Both the position numbers and the translations under genes were made by a program. The notes beneath the pieces were generated by a model, which worked only from the letters and a program-made list of their open reading frames with translations, was not told where the DNA came from and searched no databases. A stretch of DNA of 64,000 nucleotides. Origin: a virus. Taxonomy: Duplodnaviria; Caudoviricetes. The stretch spans positions 1 through 64,000 of IMG/VR virus record IMGVR_UViG_3300033121_002140; one strand, written 5' to 3'. Shown here in pieces: positions 35,548-44,615 of the stretch (its first letter is position 1; each line of letters starts with the position of its first letter).

Positions 35548-36146
35548 TAGATCACCTCGTCACATGACTGTAGCATGCTGTGCGCCGCCTGTTTCTTCTT
35601 GCCAGAGGAGATGTTTGCTCTGTGCTCTGCTGTCAACGCTCGACCCGTCAAGGCAACAGAGATCTTCGCTCTCACAGACGGATCAGTCATGACCTGCGTG
35701 CTTCCCATGCTGATCTTCCGTCGAGTTTCTCTGCTGAGCTTTCGTCCTATGGCAGCGGCACGCATCTTTGCTCGACTCTCTGCGCTCACTGCACGACCTC
35801 GCTTGGCGTCGCCGATCTTTTCGCGAGTCGCTTTTGAGTGTGCATATCCACACGTACCATCACCGCCGCTGGTCTCATTGTAGCCCTGGGTACCGTTGGC
35901 TCGTGTTGCAGCGATCCAATCTACCTCTGCTGCTTTTGCCTCGAGCTCAGTGTCGAATGTCTCAAGCAGGACGTGGATCCAGGCATCATCACCGTGCTTT
36001 CGAATCGCTCGGTGAAATGCTGTCGTCGAACCGCTTTTCGCAGCTGCTACGTGCATCTTCCAGCGAGCCATCATGTCACGGCTTGTCCAACCGATGTAGC
36101 GCTTTCCCGTCTTGATGCAGAGGTGACAGTAGACAGTAAATCTCAC
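35547..36146 (-). CDS. GIY-YIG homing endonuclease with NUMOD3 repeats
   Basis: TVYCHL...RYIGWT, RW..H, FHRAIRKHG, GYNETSGGDG, HSKATREKIG. Confidence 0.9.
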   Translation of the reverse strand: MRFTVYCHLCIKTGKRYIGWTSRDMMARWKMHVAAAKSGSTTAFHRAIRKHGDDAWIHVLLETFDTELEAKAAEVDWIAATRANGTQGYNETSGGDGTCGYAHSKATREKIGDAKRGRAVSAESRAKMRAAAIGRKLSRETRRKISMGSTQVMTDPSVRAKISVALTGRALTAEHRANISSGKKKQAAHSMLQSCDEVI

Positions 36147-37249
36147 AGTGCCTCGATGGTCCGCACAGCGTCGACGTATGCCTTGACGTAGGGATGGTCC
36201 TTGGGCAGGCCTGCCTTCAAGGCGGCCTCGGCCTGCGCGGTGAGGTTGGCCGCGTACACCTTCTTCATGGCGGCCCTGACGCGACGCAGGACCTCCTCCC
36301 GCGCGGCGTCGGCTTCCTGGCCCTGCAGGGCTCGCAGCTTGTCGAGCCCGGGCAGCCTGCGGCCCACGACCCCTTCCACGTCCTCGAAGCTGCGGGCCCT
36401 GAGCACCACCTTGGCCTTCGCGACCACGTCGCGTAGCGTCTTCTTGATCGCCGTCTGGCCGTCGTGGGCCAGACGGCGAGCGACGGGCGAATCCCGCAAC
36501 GCGGCCCGCACCTTCCTGCTCGTCAGCACCTGCGCGAGCGCGGGCCTCTTCTGTGCCTCCGCGTCCTCGCTGATGACATGACCCAGGAAGACCCCGCCCT
36601 CGAACGCCCACGTGTCCATGCCCGGGTCCTCACGGCGTGACCACTTGTCGCCGCTGCCTGACCCTCCGTGCCCGTACGTCTGCTTGACGCGGGCGACGAA
36701 GCGCTCGACGGCAGGGTTGCCGCCGCCGAGCACGTTGATGACGGCAAGCGCCGCACCGGGGGAACGCGCGACCATGCCCGCGCTCAGAAAGGCCCAGGGC
36801 GCGAACATGAACGCTGCCGCCATGACGTCGTTGCCCAGCAGCGCGCCCTTCGTGGCCCCATAGACGTCCGAGTAGCGCTGCCTGATCGCGTCCAGCCTGC
36901 GCTTTTCCTCGGCGAAGATGTCGGCGTAGTCGCTCGACAGCGCAGGCACCAGCGTCGTCGCGGCTGCCTCGAAGGCGACCTTGACGGCCGACTGTGCCCG
37001 GGCCGACAGCTCGGCGGTCTTACCCGCCGCGGTCTTCACGACGTCCGTGAAGGGCTTCACGAAGGTCGCATACAGCTTGTCGGGGCTGCCAAAGTGCATG
37101 CCGTACGGCATCTCACCCATGGAGGCGCCGTACAGGTCGCCCACGCCGCCATCGTCCTCGACGAGGCGCGGCTCCTTGGTGGACAGCGCATGTCCATGCC
37201 GGGTCGCGGTCTCGATGTTCTTGGCTGCCTCACGCAGGCGTCTAGCCAT
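36143..37249 (-). CDS. late-class hypothetical protein, possibly virion-associated
   Basis: CTAGTTA 4 nt upstream of ATG; LVED and ISED potential cleavage sites. Confidence 0.75.
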   Translation of the reverse strand: MARRLREAAKNIETATRHGHALSTKEPRLVEDDGGVGDLYGASMGEMPYGMHFGSPDKLYATFVKPFTDVVKTAAGKTAELSARAQSAVKVAFEAAATTLVPALSSDYADIFAEEKRRLDAIRQRYSDVYGATKGALLGNDVMAAAFMFAPWAFLSAGMVARSPGAALAVINVLGGGNPAVERFVARVKQTYGHGGSGSGDKWSRREDPGMDTWAFEGGVFLGHVISEDAEAQKRPALAQVLTSRKVRAALRDSPVARRLAHDGQTAIKKTLRDVVAKAKVVLRARSFEDVEGVVGRRLPGLDKLRALQGQEADAAREEVLRRVRAAMKKVYAANLTAQAEAALKAGLPKDHPYVKAYVDAVRTIEAL

Positions 37250-37256
37250 GCCGTAA

Positions 37257-37976
37257 CTAGGCCGCGAGCTTGGCCCTGATCGCAGGCAGTGCCGCTGCGA
37301 TCACGGAGACCTGGTACGCGTGCATGGGCGGCAGCCGGTCGACCGGATGCCAACGCACGGCCACGTTCTCGCCGTCAGCGACCCGGGCCTCGGATCCGGT
37401 CGATCCGACGGCAGGCCGGGCCAAGAAGACCCTGACGGTCTTGTCCTCGTCGAAGGACTCGGTCCGGGTGGGCGGCAGCTCCTCCTCGGCCACCACCGCG
37501 AGCCCTGTCTCCTCGAGCGTCTCGCGGACCGCGCAGTCCCGTGGGTCCTCGCCCTCGTGCACGTGCCCCTTGGGAACGCCCCAGGTGGGCTTCTTGAGCC
37601 ACGGCTTGACCAACAGCACCTCTGGGCCCTCTGGTCCTGCCCGGTACGTCAGGCATCCGCACGACAGGGTCCTACGCTTCGTCTTCAGGGCCTCGAGCGA
37701 GGCCCTGCGCGACGCATGCTCGGCATTCACCTGCTCGACGAGCCCGGCGGGCGCGGGCGGGGACCTGGGCGGAGCTGGCACGATGTTTGATGCCGACAAG
37801 TGCATGACCCTGCCGGTGTCAAGCACGACGGCCCACGTGCGCTGGCCCCGAGGCGCACCGTCGGGCTTGTCGGCCTTCCACTCCTGCCTGAGTACCGTGC
37901 CGAGGTCGTTGCCGACGAAGACCCTGTCACCGCCCCTCGGCTTGACATGATCGTCGTCGCTGCTAGCGGTCCGCAT
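37257..37976 (-). CDS. SH3-like domain fused to NUDIX hydrolase
   Basis: PRGGDRVFV...WAVVLDTG; WGVPKGHVHEGEDPRDCAVRETLEETG; TACGAT -10 box 6 nt upstream. Confidence 0.9.
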   Translation of the reverse strand: MRTASSDDDHVKPRGGDRVFVGNDLGTVLRQEWKADKPDGAPRGQRTWAVVLDTGRVMHLSASNIVPAPPRSPPAPAGLVEQVNAEHASRRASLEALKTKRRTLSCGCLTYRAGPEGPEVLLVKPWLKKPTWGVPKGHVHEGEDPRDCAVRETLEETGLAVVAEEELPPTRTESFDEDKTVRVFLARPAVGSTGSEARVADGENVAVRWHPVDRLPPMHAYQVSVIAAALPAIRAKLAA

Positions 37977-38080
37977 GGGCCCATCGTACGCCGCGCGCCT
38001 CACGCACGACACCACGCCGTGATCGGTGCCAGAGAACCCATGAAACCCGTGCCATGGCAACCACCATGTTGTTTCGCAGG

Positions 38081-39136
38081 TTAAGCGTGGGCCCCGTCGA
38101 AGATGCGACGGACCCGTTCCAGCTGCTGGTCGTTGAGCCTGCGCAGGGCGCGCTCCTTGTCGAGGGCCAGGTCGCGCCCGGCCTTCTTGCTGACGTTGTC
38201 GGCCAGGCCCGTCTCGAACCCATGCAGGACCTGCGCGAGCATCTCGTCCCTGTCATACGCGCCCGCTGCGTCGAGCGTGTTGGCCAGGCCCACGATCCCG
38301 TGCGCGAGGTCGGCCACCGTGACGTTGTCGGGATCGAGGCCCGGATGCCGTCGCAGCACTGGGTCAGGCGTGTAGCCCGGGCCTAGCAGGTGCTCCGCGA
38401 TGTCGGCCAGGAAGGTCCTGAAGCTGGTCGACACGGTCCTGACGTCGACCCCCGTCCTGAACCGGGACGGGACGCGTTCCTTCCCGCGGTATCGTGCCAG
38501 CACGCCCTCTCCCCCGATCGACAGCGTCAGGAAGTCGCCCAGGGCCGCGTACAGGTTGCCCGTCACGTAGCCCTTGATGCCCCGCTCAGGCGTGTAGCGG
38601 CCTGCGGCCCACTCGGCACTGTGCGGGTGCGTGACCACCGTGTCCACCTGGACCAGGCCGCCGTCGGGCATGACGAGGATGACGCTGAGCGGGTCCGACC
38701 CTGAGCCGCCGGAGCGCTTTGTGCCCAGCGTCAGGTCCACGTCGACCCCCTCGGGCGACTCCTCGCGCAGGTACTTGGCCATGAGCTCCGTGTACCTGCG
38801 CAGCGACGCGGCCTGGCCCGCCCTGCGATCTCCCTTGGAGGCGTCCACGGGCAGCGACACGAGGTAATCGATGTCGCCGTAGGTCGCGTCGGGCCTGTCG
38901 ACCTCGTCAGCCGCCGCGTGGGTGGCAGAGCCTGAGGCGCGCACGGGTTGCACTGGCTCGGTGCCGTGCTCCTCGAGCCAGGCGTTCCATCCCGCCAAAA
39001 AGCGCTCGTAGGCACGTGAGGCCTGCCTGACCAGCGCAGGCGTGAGGTCGCGCCTGCGGTCGGCGGGCACCTTGAGCCCGCCCTCAAAGAGAGCACGACG
39101 GACGATGGCGCGGAGCGCGCCCAGCCTGATCTGCAT
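38081..39136 (-). CDS. Pol-beta-fold nucleotidyltransferase with LRxxVRxxLFE leader
   Basis: SGS...YGDIDYLV and VQVD acidic triad. Confidence 0.75.
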   Translation of the reverse strand: MQIRLGALRAIVRRALFEGGLKVPADRRRDLTPALVRQASRAYERFLAGWNAWLEEHGTEPVQPVRASGSATHAAADEVDRPDATYGDIDYLVSLPVDASKGDRRAGQAASLRRYTELMAKYLREESPEGVDVDLTLGTKRSGGSGSDPLSVILVMPDGGLVQVDTVVTHPHSAEWAAGRYTPERGIKGYVTGNLYAALGDFLTLSIGGEGVLARYRGKERVPSRFRTGVDVRTVSTSFRTFLADIAEHLLGPGYTPDPVLRRHPGLDPDNVTVADLAHGIVGLANTLDAAGAYDRDEMLAQVLHGFETGLADNVSKKAGRDLALDKERALRRLNDQQLERVRRIFDGAHA

Positions 39137-39184
39137 CTTGGACCCTGGGCACGTCGACGTGTCATGCGGCGTCGAGTGCGTGGT

Positions 39185-39192
39185 ATAGCTAG
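39185..39192. promoter_or_regulatory. bidirectional late-type motif (ATAGCTA on +, CTAGCTA on -)
   Basis: lies between divergent genes starting at 39136 (-) and 39198 (+). Confidence 0.55.
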
Positions 39193-39197
39193 GCCAG

Positions 39198-39794
39198 ATG
39201 CGTGCGGACAGACCAAGGCGGATCGGGTTGGTGGCCATGAGCGCAAAGCCGTTCACGGCAGGCCATGACAGCATCATCCAGATGGCAGCGAGCGAGTGCG
39301 ACGAGGTGCTCGTGTTCGTGTCACTCGCGGACCGACGCCGGCCCGGTGAGTTCCCGATCATGGGCACTGACATGGCGACGATCTGGCGGGAACTGGTGGA
39401 ACCCGGCCTGCCCACGAACGTCACGATCGAATATGCCAGCAACCCGATGGCCAGGATCTGGGCGACCCTGGGCGCCGCGAACGAGTCGGGCTCGCCCGAC
39501 TCGTTCGCGATCTATGGGGACGAGCGCGACACCGCGGCACGCTTCGGTCCGGCAGCGCTCGCGAAGTATGCCAGCGGTCTGCAGGCCTCAGGCAGGATCT
39601 CGTTTCGGACGCCGCCCAGGATCACGTCAGGCACAGAGATGCGGAAGGCGCTGGCGGATGGGGACCTGGACGCGTTCAGGGCAGGCATGCCAGCCTGGTT
39701 GGACGCCGACCGGGCCTGGCAGGTCCTGCGGGCCCATCGCACGAACGAGGAACTCCTGCGGAGCTTCGTCAGGCGCTCGATAGCTCGCGCCTGA
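39198..39794 (+). CDS. HIGH-superfamily nucleotidyltransferase (cytidylyltransferase-like)
   Basis: KPFTAGH (HxGH variant), VLVFVS, ITSGTEMRKAL. Confidence 0.85.
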   Translation: MRADRPRRIGLVAMSAKPFTAGHDSIIQMAASECDEVLVFVSLADRRRPGEFPIMGTDMATIWRELVEPGLPTNVTIEYASNPMARIWATLGAANESGSPDSFAIYGDERDTAARFGPAALAKYASGLQASGRISFRTPPRITSGTEMRKALADGDLDAFRAGMPAWLDADRAWQVLRAHRTNEELLRSFVRRSIARA

Positions 39795-41838
39795 CGAAGG
39801 CCTCGAGGCGCTCGAGCGGCGCGCCCAGGGCATCGGGCCCACGTTCCTTCACGCGCTCCCTGAGCTTCTCGACGAGCTCCTCGGCCATCTGGTCGAGCTC
39901 GGATGCGAAGGTCTCCGACCTCCGCAATGCCGCCGCGAGCTCCTCGAAGCGTCGGAGGGCCTGGGCCCTGTGCCCAGGCCCCAGCAGGACAGAGACGAGC
40001 TCGTCGGGCCGGTCGGTCACGAGCTCACGCTCGACCGTGCGCCATGCCGTGTGACCGCCCTGCTTGTTGGGCCTCCGCGCCTGCACGACCCGGTGCAGGC
40101 CCCTGTCGGAGTCGACCACGTAGCGTTCGCGATCGAGCTCGCCCTGCTTTCCTGGGAACGCGCGCCCAGACGCATGACGTGCGATGACGTCCAACAGCAT
40201 GTTTCGGACCACACCCTTCACTGTCGAATATTCGGGATGACCCTTCACGGGTGAAGGCCCGTAGCGCGTCCAGCCTAGAAGCCCGACGTCGCCGACCATC
40301 GCGTCCACCTGGACCGCGCCGGACTCCAGCGGAAACGCGATGCTCACGATGTTGGAGCCCACCCTGCGCAGCTCGATGCCTGGGCGTGCAGCGACGAGCG
40401 CGGCGTACAGGCCTTCCCTGCCGCCCGCATGCTCCATCGCGAGGTCGACGTCGCCCATCGGGTCCTTCTTCCATGTCGTGCCGATGGGCGTGATCTTCAG
40501 GGCGCCTGCACGGACCAGGAGGCCTTCGATCTCTGGCCAGGCTGCCTGCAACCCTGCCCTCGTCACAGGCCCAACGTCTGAGAACGAGTGACCGCCCTCG
40601 GCCATCAGGCGCCGACGTGCCTCGACGAGCCCAGCTCCACCCTCGTGCGTGAAGAACCCGAGGATCCTGTTCATCGGTGCGAACGCACCCGTGAGCTTGT
40701 AAGGCCTGCCCTTGTGCATGAAGACGATGCCCTCGATCGGGCTGATGTCGTCCAGGCGCGTGAGCTTGTCCTGCACGGCAGCGAGGATGGCCTTCGCCTG
40801 GGGCGCGCGCGAGCGCCCTAGGGCCGTCATGGCCTTCGCGGTGGCAGCTCGAAGGCGCGCGGCCTCGGCCGAGGGATCGCTGACGAAGAGGGAGCTGACA
40901 CCCCTGAGCACGCCCACCGCGAACTGGCGCATCGTGCGCTCGAGCGGGGCCAACGCCTGTTCGACCAGCCTGCGCTCGTCATCCACCAGCGCCTTCGACG
41001 TGGCGTACATGTCAGGTGCCATCTTCTTGATGGCCGTCAGGGTTGGTGCTCCAGGCACGCCTGCGATCCTCGCTGCGAGCGCGGCATGCAGCGCGTCCGG
41101 AAGGGTCATGTTCGACTCTTCGTCCAAGATCGACTCGATCCTGCGGTGGACGTACTCGCCGATCGTGGCGCCGTCGTCCAAGCGGACCTGGGCCATGGCG
41201 GCATCGAGCCCGGACAGGGCCTGCGCCATCACAGTCCCGTCCACGAGGCGATGGAGCTCCACGGCGGCCCAGGGATGCAGCGTCCATCCCGTCTCACGGG
41301 TCCCGGCACGCATCGTGTCGATCCATCGCGCGAGCCGCGTGCCGCCCAGGCCTTCCTCCTTGATAGGCCGGCCGGTCGCAGGGTCGACGACGAAAACGGG
41401 CTCCCTGTGGAACACGACGTTGTTGCCGTCGTACCTGATCGTGTTCGGCGCCTCGGCGTACATCACCTCGATCGAGTACCACCTGTCGCCTGCCGGACCG
41501 AAGATGTCGATCCGAGCGTCGGCAGGCATGGCCCTCAGGCCGCGCTCAAGCGCGGCGAAGGCGCCTGTCAGCGCGGCCTCGATCACACCGCGGCCTGAGA
41601 ACCTGCGCGCCAAGGCGGGGGCGTCCATGCCGCCCCCCTTGATGTCGGACGAGTTGCGGGCAGCACGGACTCCGCCCGCTTTCTCGTTCCAGGTGAAGAC
41701 CAGGTTGACGCCGTCGGTCTTTTCGGACACGCCCTCAAGCCTGGCCTCCGCGATCGAGGTGACCACGTCCTTGAGGTCGTCGAAGGTCAGATCCCAGTCC
41801 TCGACCAGGTGAGACAGGTGTCCGCTGGCGCCGCCCAT
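39769..41838 (-). CDS. two-domain protein: ligase-like KxDG domain plus Pol-beta-fold nucleotidyltransferase
   Basis: GGASGHLSH, SEKTDGVN, IEGIVF...YKLTGAF; C-terminal IGTT...GDVDLA...VQVDAM. Confidence 0.75.
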   Translation of the reverse strand: MGGASGHLSHLVEDWDLTFDDLKDVVTSIAEARLEGVSEKTDGVNLVFTWNEKAGGVRAARNSSDIKGGGMDAPALARRFSGRGVIEAALTGAFAALERGLRAMPADARIDIFGPAGDRWYSIEVMYAEAPNTIRYDGNNVVFHREPVFVVDPATGRPIKEEGLGGTRLARWIDTMRAGTRETGWTLHPWAAVELHRLVDGTVMAQALSGLDAAMAQVRLDDGATIGEYVHRRIESILDEESNMTLPDALHAALAARIAGVPGAPTLTAIKKMAPDMYATSKALVDDERRLVEQALAPLERTMRQFAVGVLRGVSSLFVSDPSAEAARLRAATAKAMTALGRSRAPQAKAILAAVQDKLTRLDDISPIEGIVFMHKGRPYKLTGAFAPMNRILGFFTHEGGAGLVEARRRLMAEGGHSFSDVGPVTRAGLQAAWPEIEGLLVRAGALKITPIGTTWKKDPMGDVDLAMEHAGGREGLYAALVAARPGIELRRVGSNIVSIAFPLESGAVQVDAMVGDVGLLGWTRYGPSPVKGHPEYSTVKGVVRNMLLDVIARHASGRAFPGKQGELDRERYVVDSDRGLHRVVQARRPNKQGGHTAWRTVERELVTDRPDELVSVLLGPGHRAQALRRFEELAAALRRSETFASELDQMAEELVEKLRERVKERGPDALGAPLERLEAFVRRELSSA

Positions 41839-41842
41839 CTGC

Positions 41843-42796
41843 TCAGCTCATGACCTCGAACCTGGGCTCGCCCTTGGAGATGTACAGGAAACGCAGGTGA
41901 TCGTTCAGCTCCGCGTGCGGGACGATCATGAACTGCTGCGGGCTGACCAACACCACGCCTGCCACGTTGTCGAAGACAGTGCTGGCCTGAACGCCCCTGA
42001 GCCACACGTCCCTGATGAAGGTCCTTGGCTTCCTGAAGGCCGGATGCGAGAACGTGCCCGCGAACAGGTCGCACACCTCGACGCCCATGTCAGAGTCCGA
42101 CAGACCCAGCTCCCGTGAGGTCCTCACGTAGGTGGCAACGTCGATCTCACGCTCGGAACCGTTCCATGACACCTTGCGCTTGCACTTATTGGCGTCCCCG
42201 ATCATGTGCTTGACGTACTCCATCACCTGCAGGAGGCCCACCGGGTTCTTGTGGGTCTTGCCCACGATACGGCCCTGTGACAGCTCCCCGTTCATGACCA
42301 TCGGAATGTCGTGCTCGATGAAGTCCTCGACGTCGAAGGACTTGATGCCGGTCTCAGACTCATACGCGGGCAAGGCGCTCATGTCGATGCGTGAAAAACC
42401 TTGCCGCAGCTGCCTGCAGATCTCCTCGATCTGCTGCCTGATTCCCTCGACCGCACGCCGGCCCTCGACCCCGGGCCTGATCATGTCGCTCGCGTTGGGT
42501 TCCTTGACCTCCCATTTGTTGCCCTGGGCATCGATGACGTCGTACGAGACGCTGTGACCCTGGATCTCGCCACCCAGTTCCCAGGCCAACTTCAATTCGC
42601 CTGGTCCAGTGTCTCGGTCGCCCGCTCGGTACTTGTGCGGGTTGCGTGGGCTCCAGTCGACCCAGACGCCCGTGGGGGGCATGGTCCGACGGGTCGAGGC
42701 AGACGCCTTGGTTGATTGGACCCGCGTGCCCGTGTCACGCTCGACGAGCACGAGTGAGACGTAGCGTCGAAACAGTGGGAGTGTGTGTTGTTCCAT
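41843..42796 (-). CDS. PD-(D/E)XK nuclease-like protein, late class
   Basis: SYDVI...WEVKE; TTACTTA upstream; LFRRYVSLVLVE leader. Confidence 0.65.
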   Translation of the reverse strand: MEQHTLPLFRRYVSLVLVERDTGTRVQSTKASASTRRTMPPTGVWVDWSPRNPHKYRAGDRDTGPGELKLAWELGGEIQGHSVSYDVIDAQGNKWEVKEPNASDMIRPGVEGRRAVEGIRQQIEEICRQLRQGFSRIDMSALPAYESETGIKSFDVEDFIEHDIPMVMNGELSQGRIVGKTHKNPVGLLQVMEYVKHMIGDANKCKRKVSWNGSEREIDVATYVRTSRELGLSDSDMGVEVCDLFAGTFSHPAFRKPRTFIRDVWLRGVQASTVFDNVAGVVLVSPQQFMIVPHAELNDHLRFLYISKGEPRFEVMS

Positions 42797-42938
42797 GTGT
42801 CTCCGCGCGACCAGCACGGTGCGCTGCCTGGACTAAGTAATGCCCTTAGGTGGCACTGTGGAACTACCACCGCGACCGGTGTTTTTTACACCAATGCCGG
42901 TCCAGCAGGTTCACGCTTGACGCGACGTCGACGAGGCT

Positions 42939-43568
42939 TCACTTTCGGTGAGGTTTGATCGGGATCGGAACGGGCGGGGACGCGTCTTCCGCCTTCTTTG
43001 GCGAAGGAGCGCCGCCGCTCTTTTTCACGACCACATTCGGCTTGATGGAACGGCGCTGCTGCCCGCCTGAACCCTGGCCCTCGCCTGAGTCGACGCCGTT
43101 CTTTTTCATCGCGACCGCGGGCTCAGGATCGGCAGGATCGACTGCCTGCTGTCCCGGGACCTCTCCCGTCACGATCTGCGCGATTCCCTTCAGGAAGGCC
43201 AGCAGCGCGACTCTCTCGGGCTTCTTGAGGCTCTTGACGTATGCCTCCATCGCATGCTTGATGTCATCGTCACGGAAGGAACGACCCGACCGGATCGCGT
43301 TCAGCTTGCCCACGATGTTGTCGAAGCTCACCTCGCCCGTCTTGAGCTCTTCGGCGTCGGCGTCCATGGTCTTCGACGGTGTGCCGTCTTCGGCTCCGTC
43401 GTCGTCCGTGACGCCGTCGTCCATGCCCCCTGCGAGCGCAGCCGCAGTCGCGTCCTGGCTGTCCTTTTCTGACAGGCCCTGACGCGCGAGGTCGGCCTTG
43501 ATGCCGTCCTCTGCCAGAAGACGACCCAGCACATCACCCAACAGTGCACCGGTCCTGATCACGGGCAT
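42939..43568 (-). CDS. late-class hypothetical protein (acidic, leader ending LLAE)
   Basis: GGAGG RBS; TGATG overlap. Confidence 0.75.
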   Translation of the reverse strand: MPVIRTGALLGDVLGRLLAEDGIKADLARQGLSEKDSQDATAAALAGGMDDGVTDDDGAEDGTPSKTMDADAEELKTGEVSFDNIVGKLNAIRSGRSFRDDDIKHAMEAYVKSLKKPERVALLAFLKGIAQIVTGEVPGQQAVDPADPEPAVAMKKNGVDSGEGQGSGGQQRRSIKPNVVVKKSGGAPSPKKAEDASPPVPIPIKPHRK

Positions 43569-43777
43569 CAGCGACCTCCTCGAACCGGAGACCCATACAC
43601 GGTCCTGTTCACGGGCGCCTCGCGTCCGCGCCGGTTCAGGCGGCGCTGGGGCGTCTCACCCAGGACCTTGGCGTCCTCCTGCCTGATCCGGCGCTCGCCC
43701 AGCAGGATCGCGTCCATGAACTTGTCGAAGGTGAACGCTCCTTCGTCCATGAGGGCCGAATCGACGTCGTTGTCCAT
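43568..43777 (-). CDS. hypothetical protein
   Basis: ATAGCTA 5 nt upstream of ATG. Confidence 0.7.
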   Translation of the reverse strand: MDNDVDSALMDEGAFTFDKFMDAILLGERRIRQEDAKVLGETPQRRLNRRGREAPVNRTVYGSPVRGGR

Positions 43778-43798
43778 GACGATAGCTATGCAGCGTCC

Positions 43799-44260
43799 CT
43801 AGGGACGTGCAAACGTGAGGGTCAGCGTGCAGATTCCTGCCGAAGTGACAGAACTGACCTCGACCTGGCTGGGCGTGCCTGCGGCGAGCCTGAGAGCGGG
43901 GGATCCTGGGTCTGCCTGACACACGGTGGTGACGCCGTAGGACCTGCCGGTCGCACCCACCGCGTCCATGACCACGCCCAGGGCCTGATCGCACGCAGTC
44001 CTGAGCTCCACCACGAGCTGGCCGGGCTGGCACATGATCCGCAGCAGCTTTCCCACCACCGTCGCGTCCACGGCTGGATCCCCTGACGCCCGGGAGACTG
44101 CGACCATGGGCGATGAGTCCTCGACCTCCTCCATGGTGCCCTGCTCTTCCGGCTCGACATGTTCTTCGTCGAGACCAAGCACGCGGCCCTGCAGCTCCCG
44201 GCTCATGAGCAGCACTTCCCTGTTGGGCTCAATCGTCAGGCGTCGTCCCTGGTCCTCCAT
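43799..44260 (-). CDS. hypothetical protein
   Basis: GAGGAG RBS; start uncertain. Confidence 0.65.
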   Translation of the reverse strand: MEDQGRRLTIEPNREVLLMSRELQGRVLGLDEEHVEPEEQGTMEEVEDSSPMVAVSRASGDPAVDATVVGKLLRIMCQPGQLVVELRTACDQALGVVMDAVGATGRSYGVTTVCQADPGSPALRLAAGTPSQVEVSSVTSAGICTLTLTFARP

Positions 44261-44615
44261 CGTCGTCCCACTCCTCATCGTCATCGGGCGCGTACGCGAC
44301 CTCCCGAAAGAGTACATCGCACGCCTGCGCGTGCTCACGCTCGATCTCGGTGACGACCCCGAGGCCTGCGCGGACGAGCGTCACAGTGACGTCCATGTCA
44401 CGGATCCCGAGCTCAGACTCCGCCCCTGTCTCGGCCTCGAGACCCAGCAGGGACACGACGAACGAGTCGCGCAGGCGCCGGGCCCTGAAGGAGTACGTCT
44501 TGACGAGCGCACCCGGCCTGCCCACGAGGCGCCACCTGGACGACGGCAGCACAGGACAGGGCACGGGCGTCCTGGCGGCGACGACGACAGGGCCTTTTTC
44601 GGTCGCTGGGATCAC
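44229..44615 (-). CDS. pterin-4a-carbinolamine dehydratase-like fold protein
   Basis: W...LVKTYSF....V.VTL....VTEIERE pattern; catalytic His residues not evident. Confidence 0.55.
   Translation of the reverse strand: MIPATEKGPVVVAARTPVPCPVLPSSRWRLVGRPGALVKTYSFRARRLRDSFVVSLLGLEAETGAESELGIRDMDVTVTLVRAGLGVVTEIEREHAQACDVLFREVAYAPDDDEEWDDDGGPGTTPDD

Noticed and set aside
42849-42892. Short hairpins as a rho-independent terminator
   Set aside because: The stems are only about 5 bp and no U-tract follows; more likely promoter sequence for the 41843 gene.
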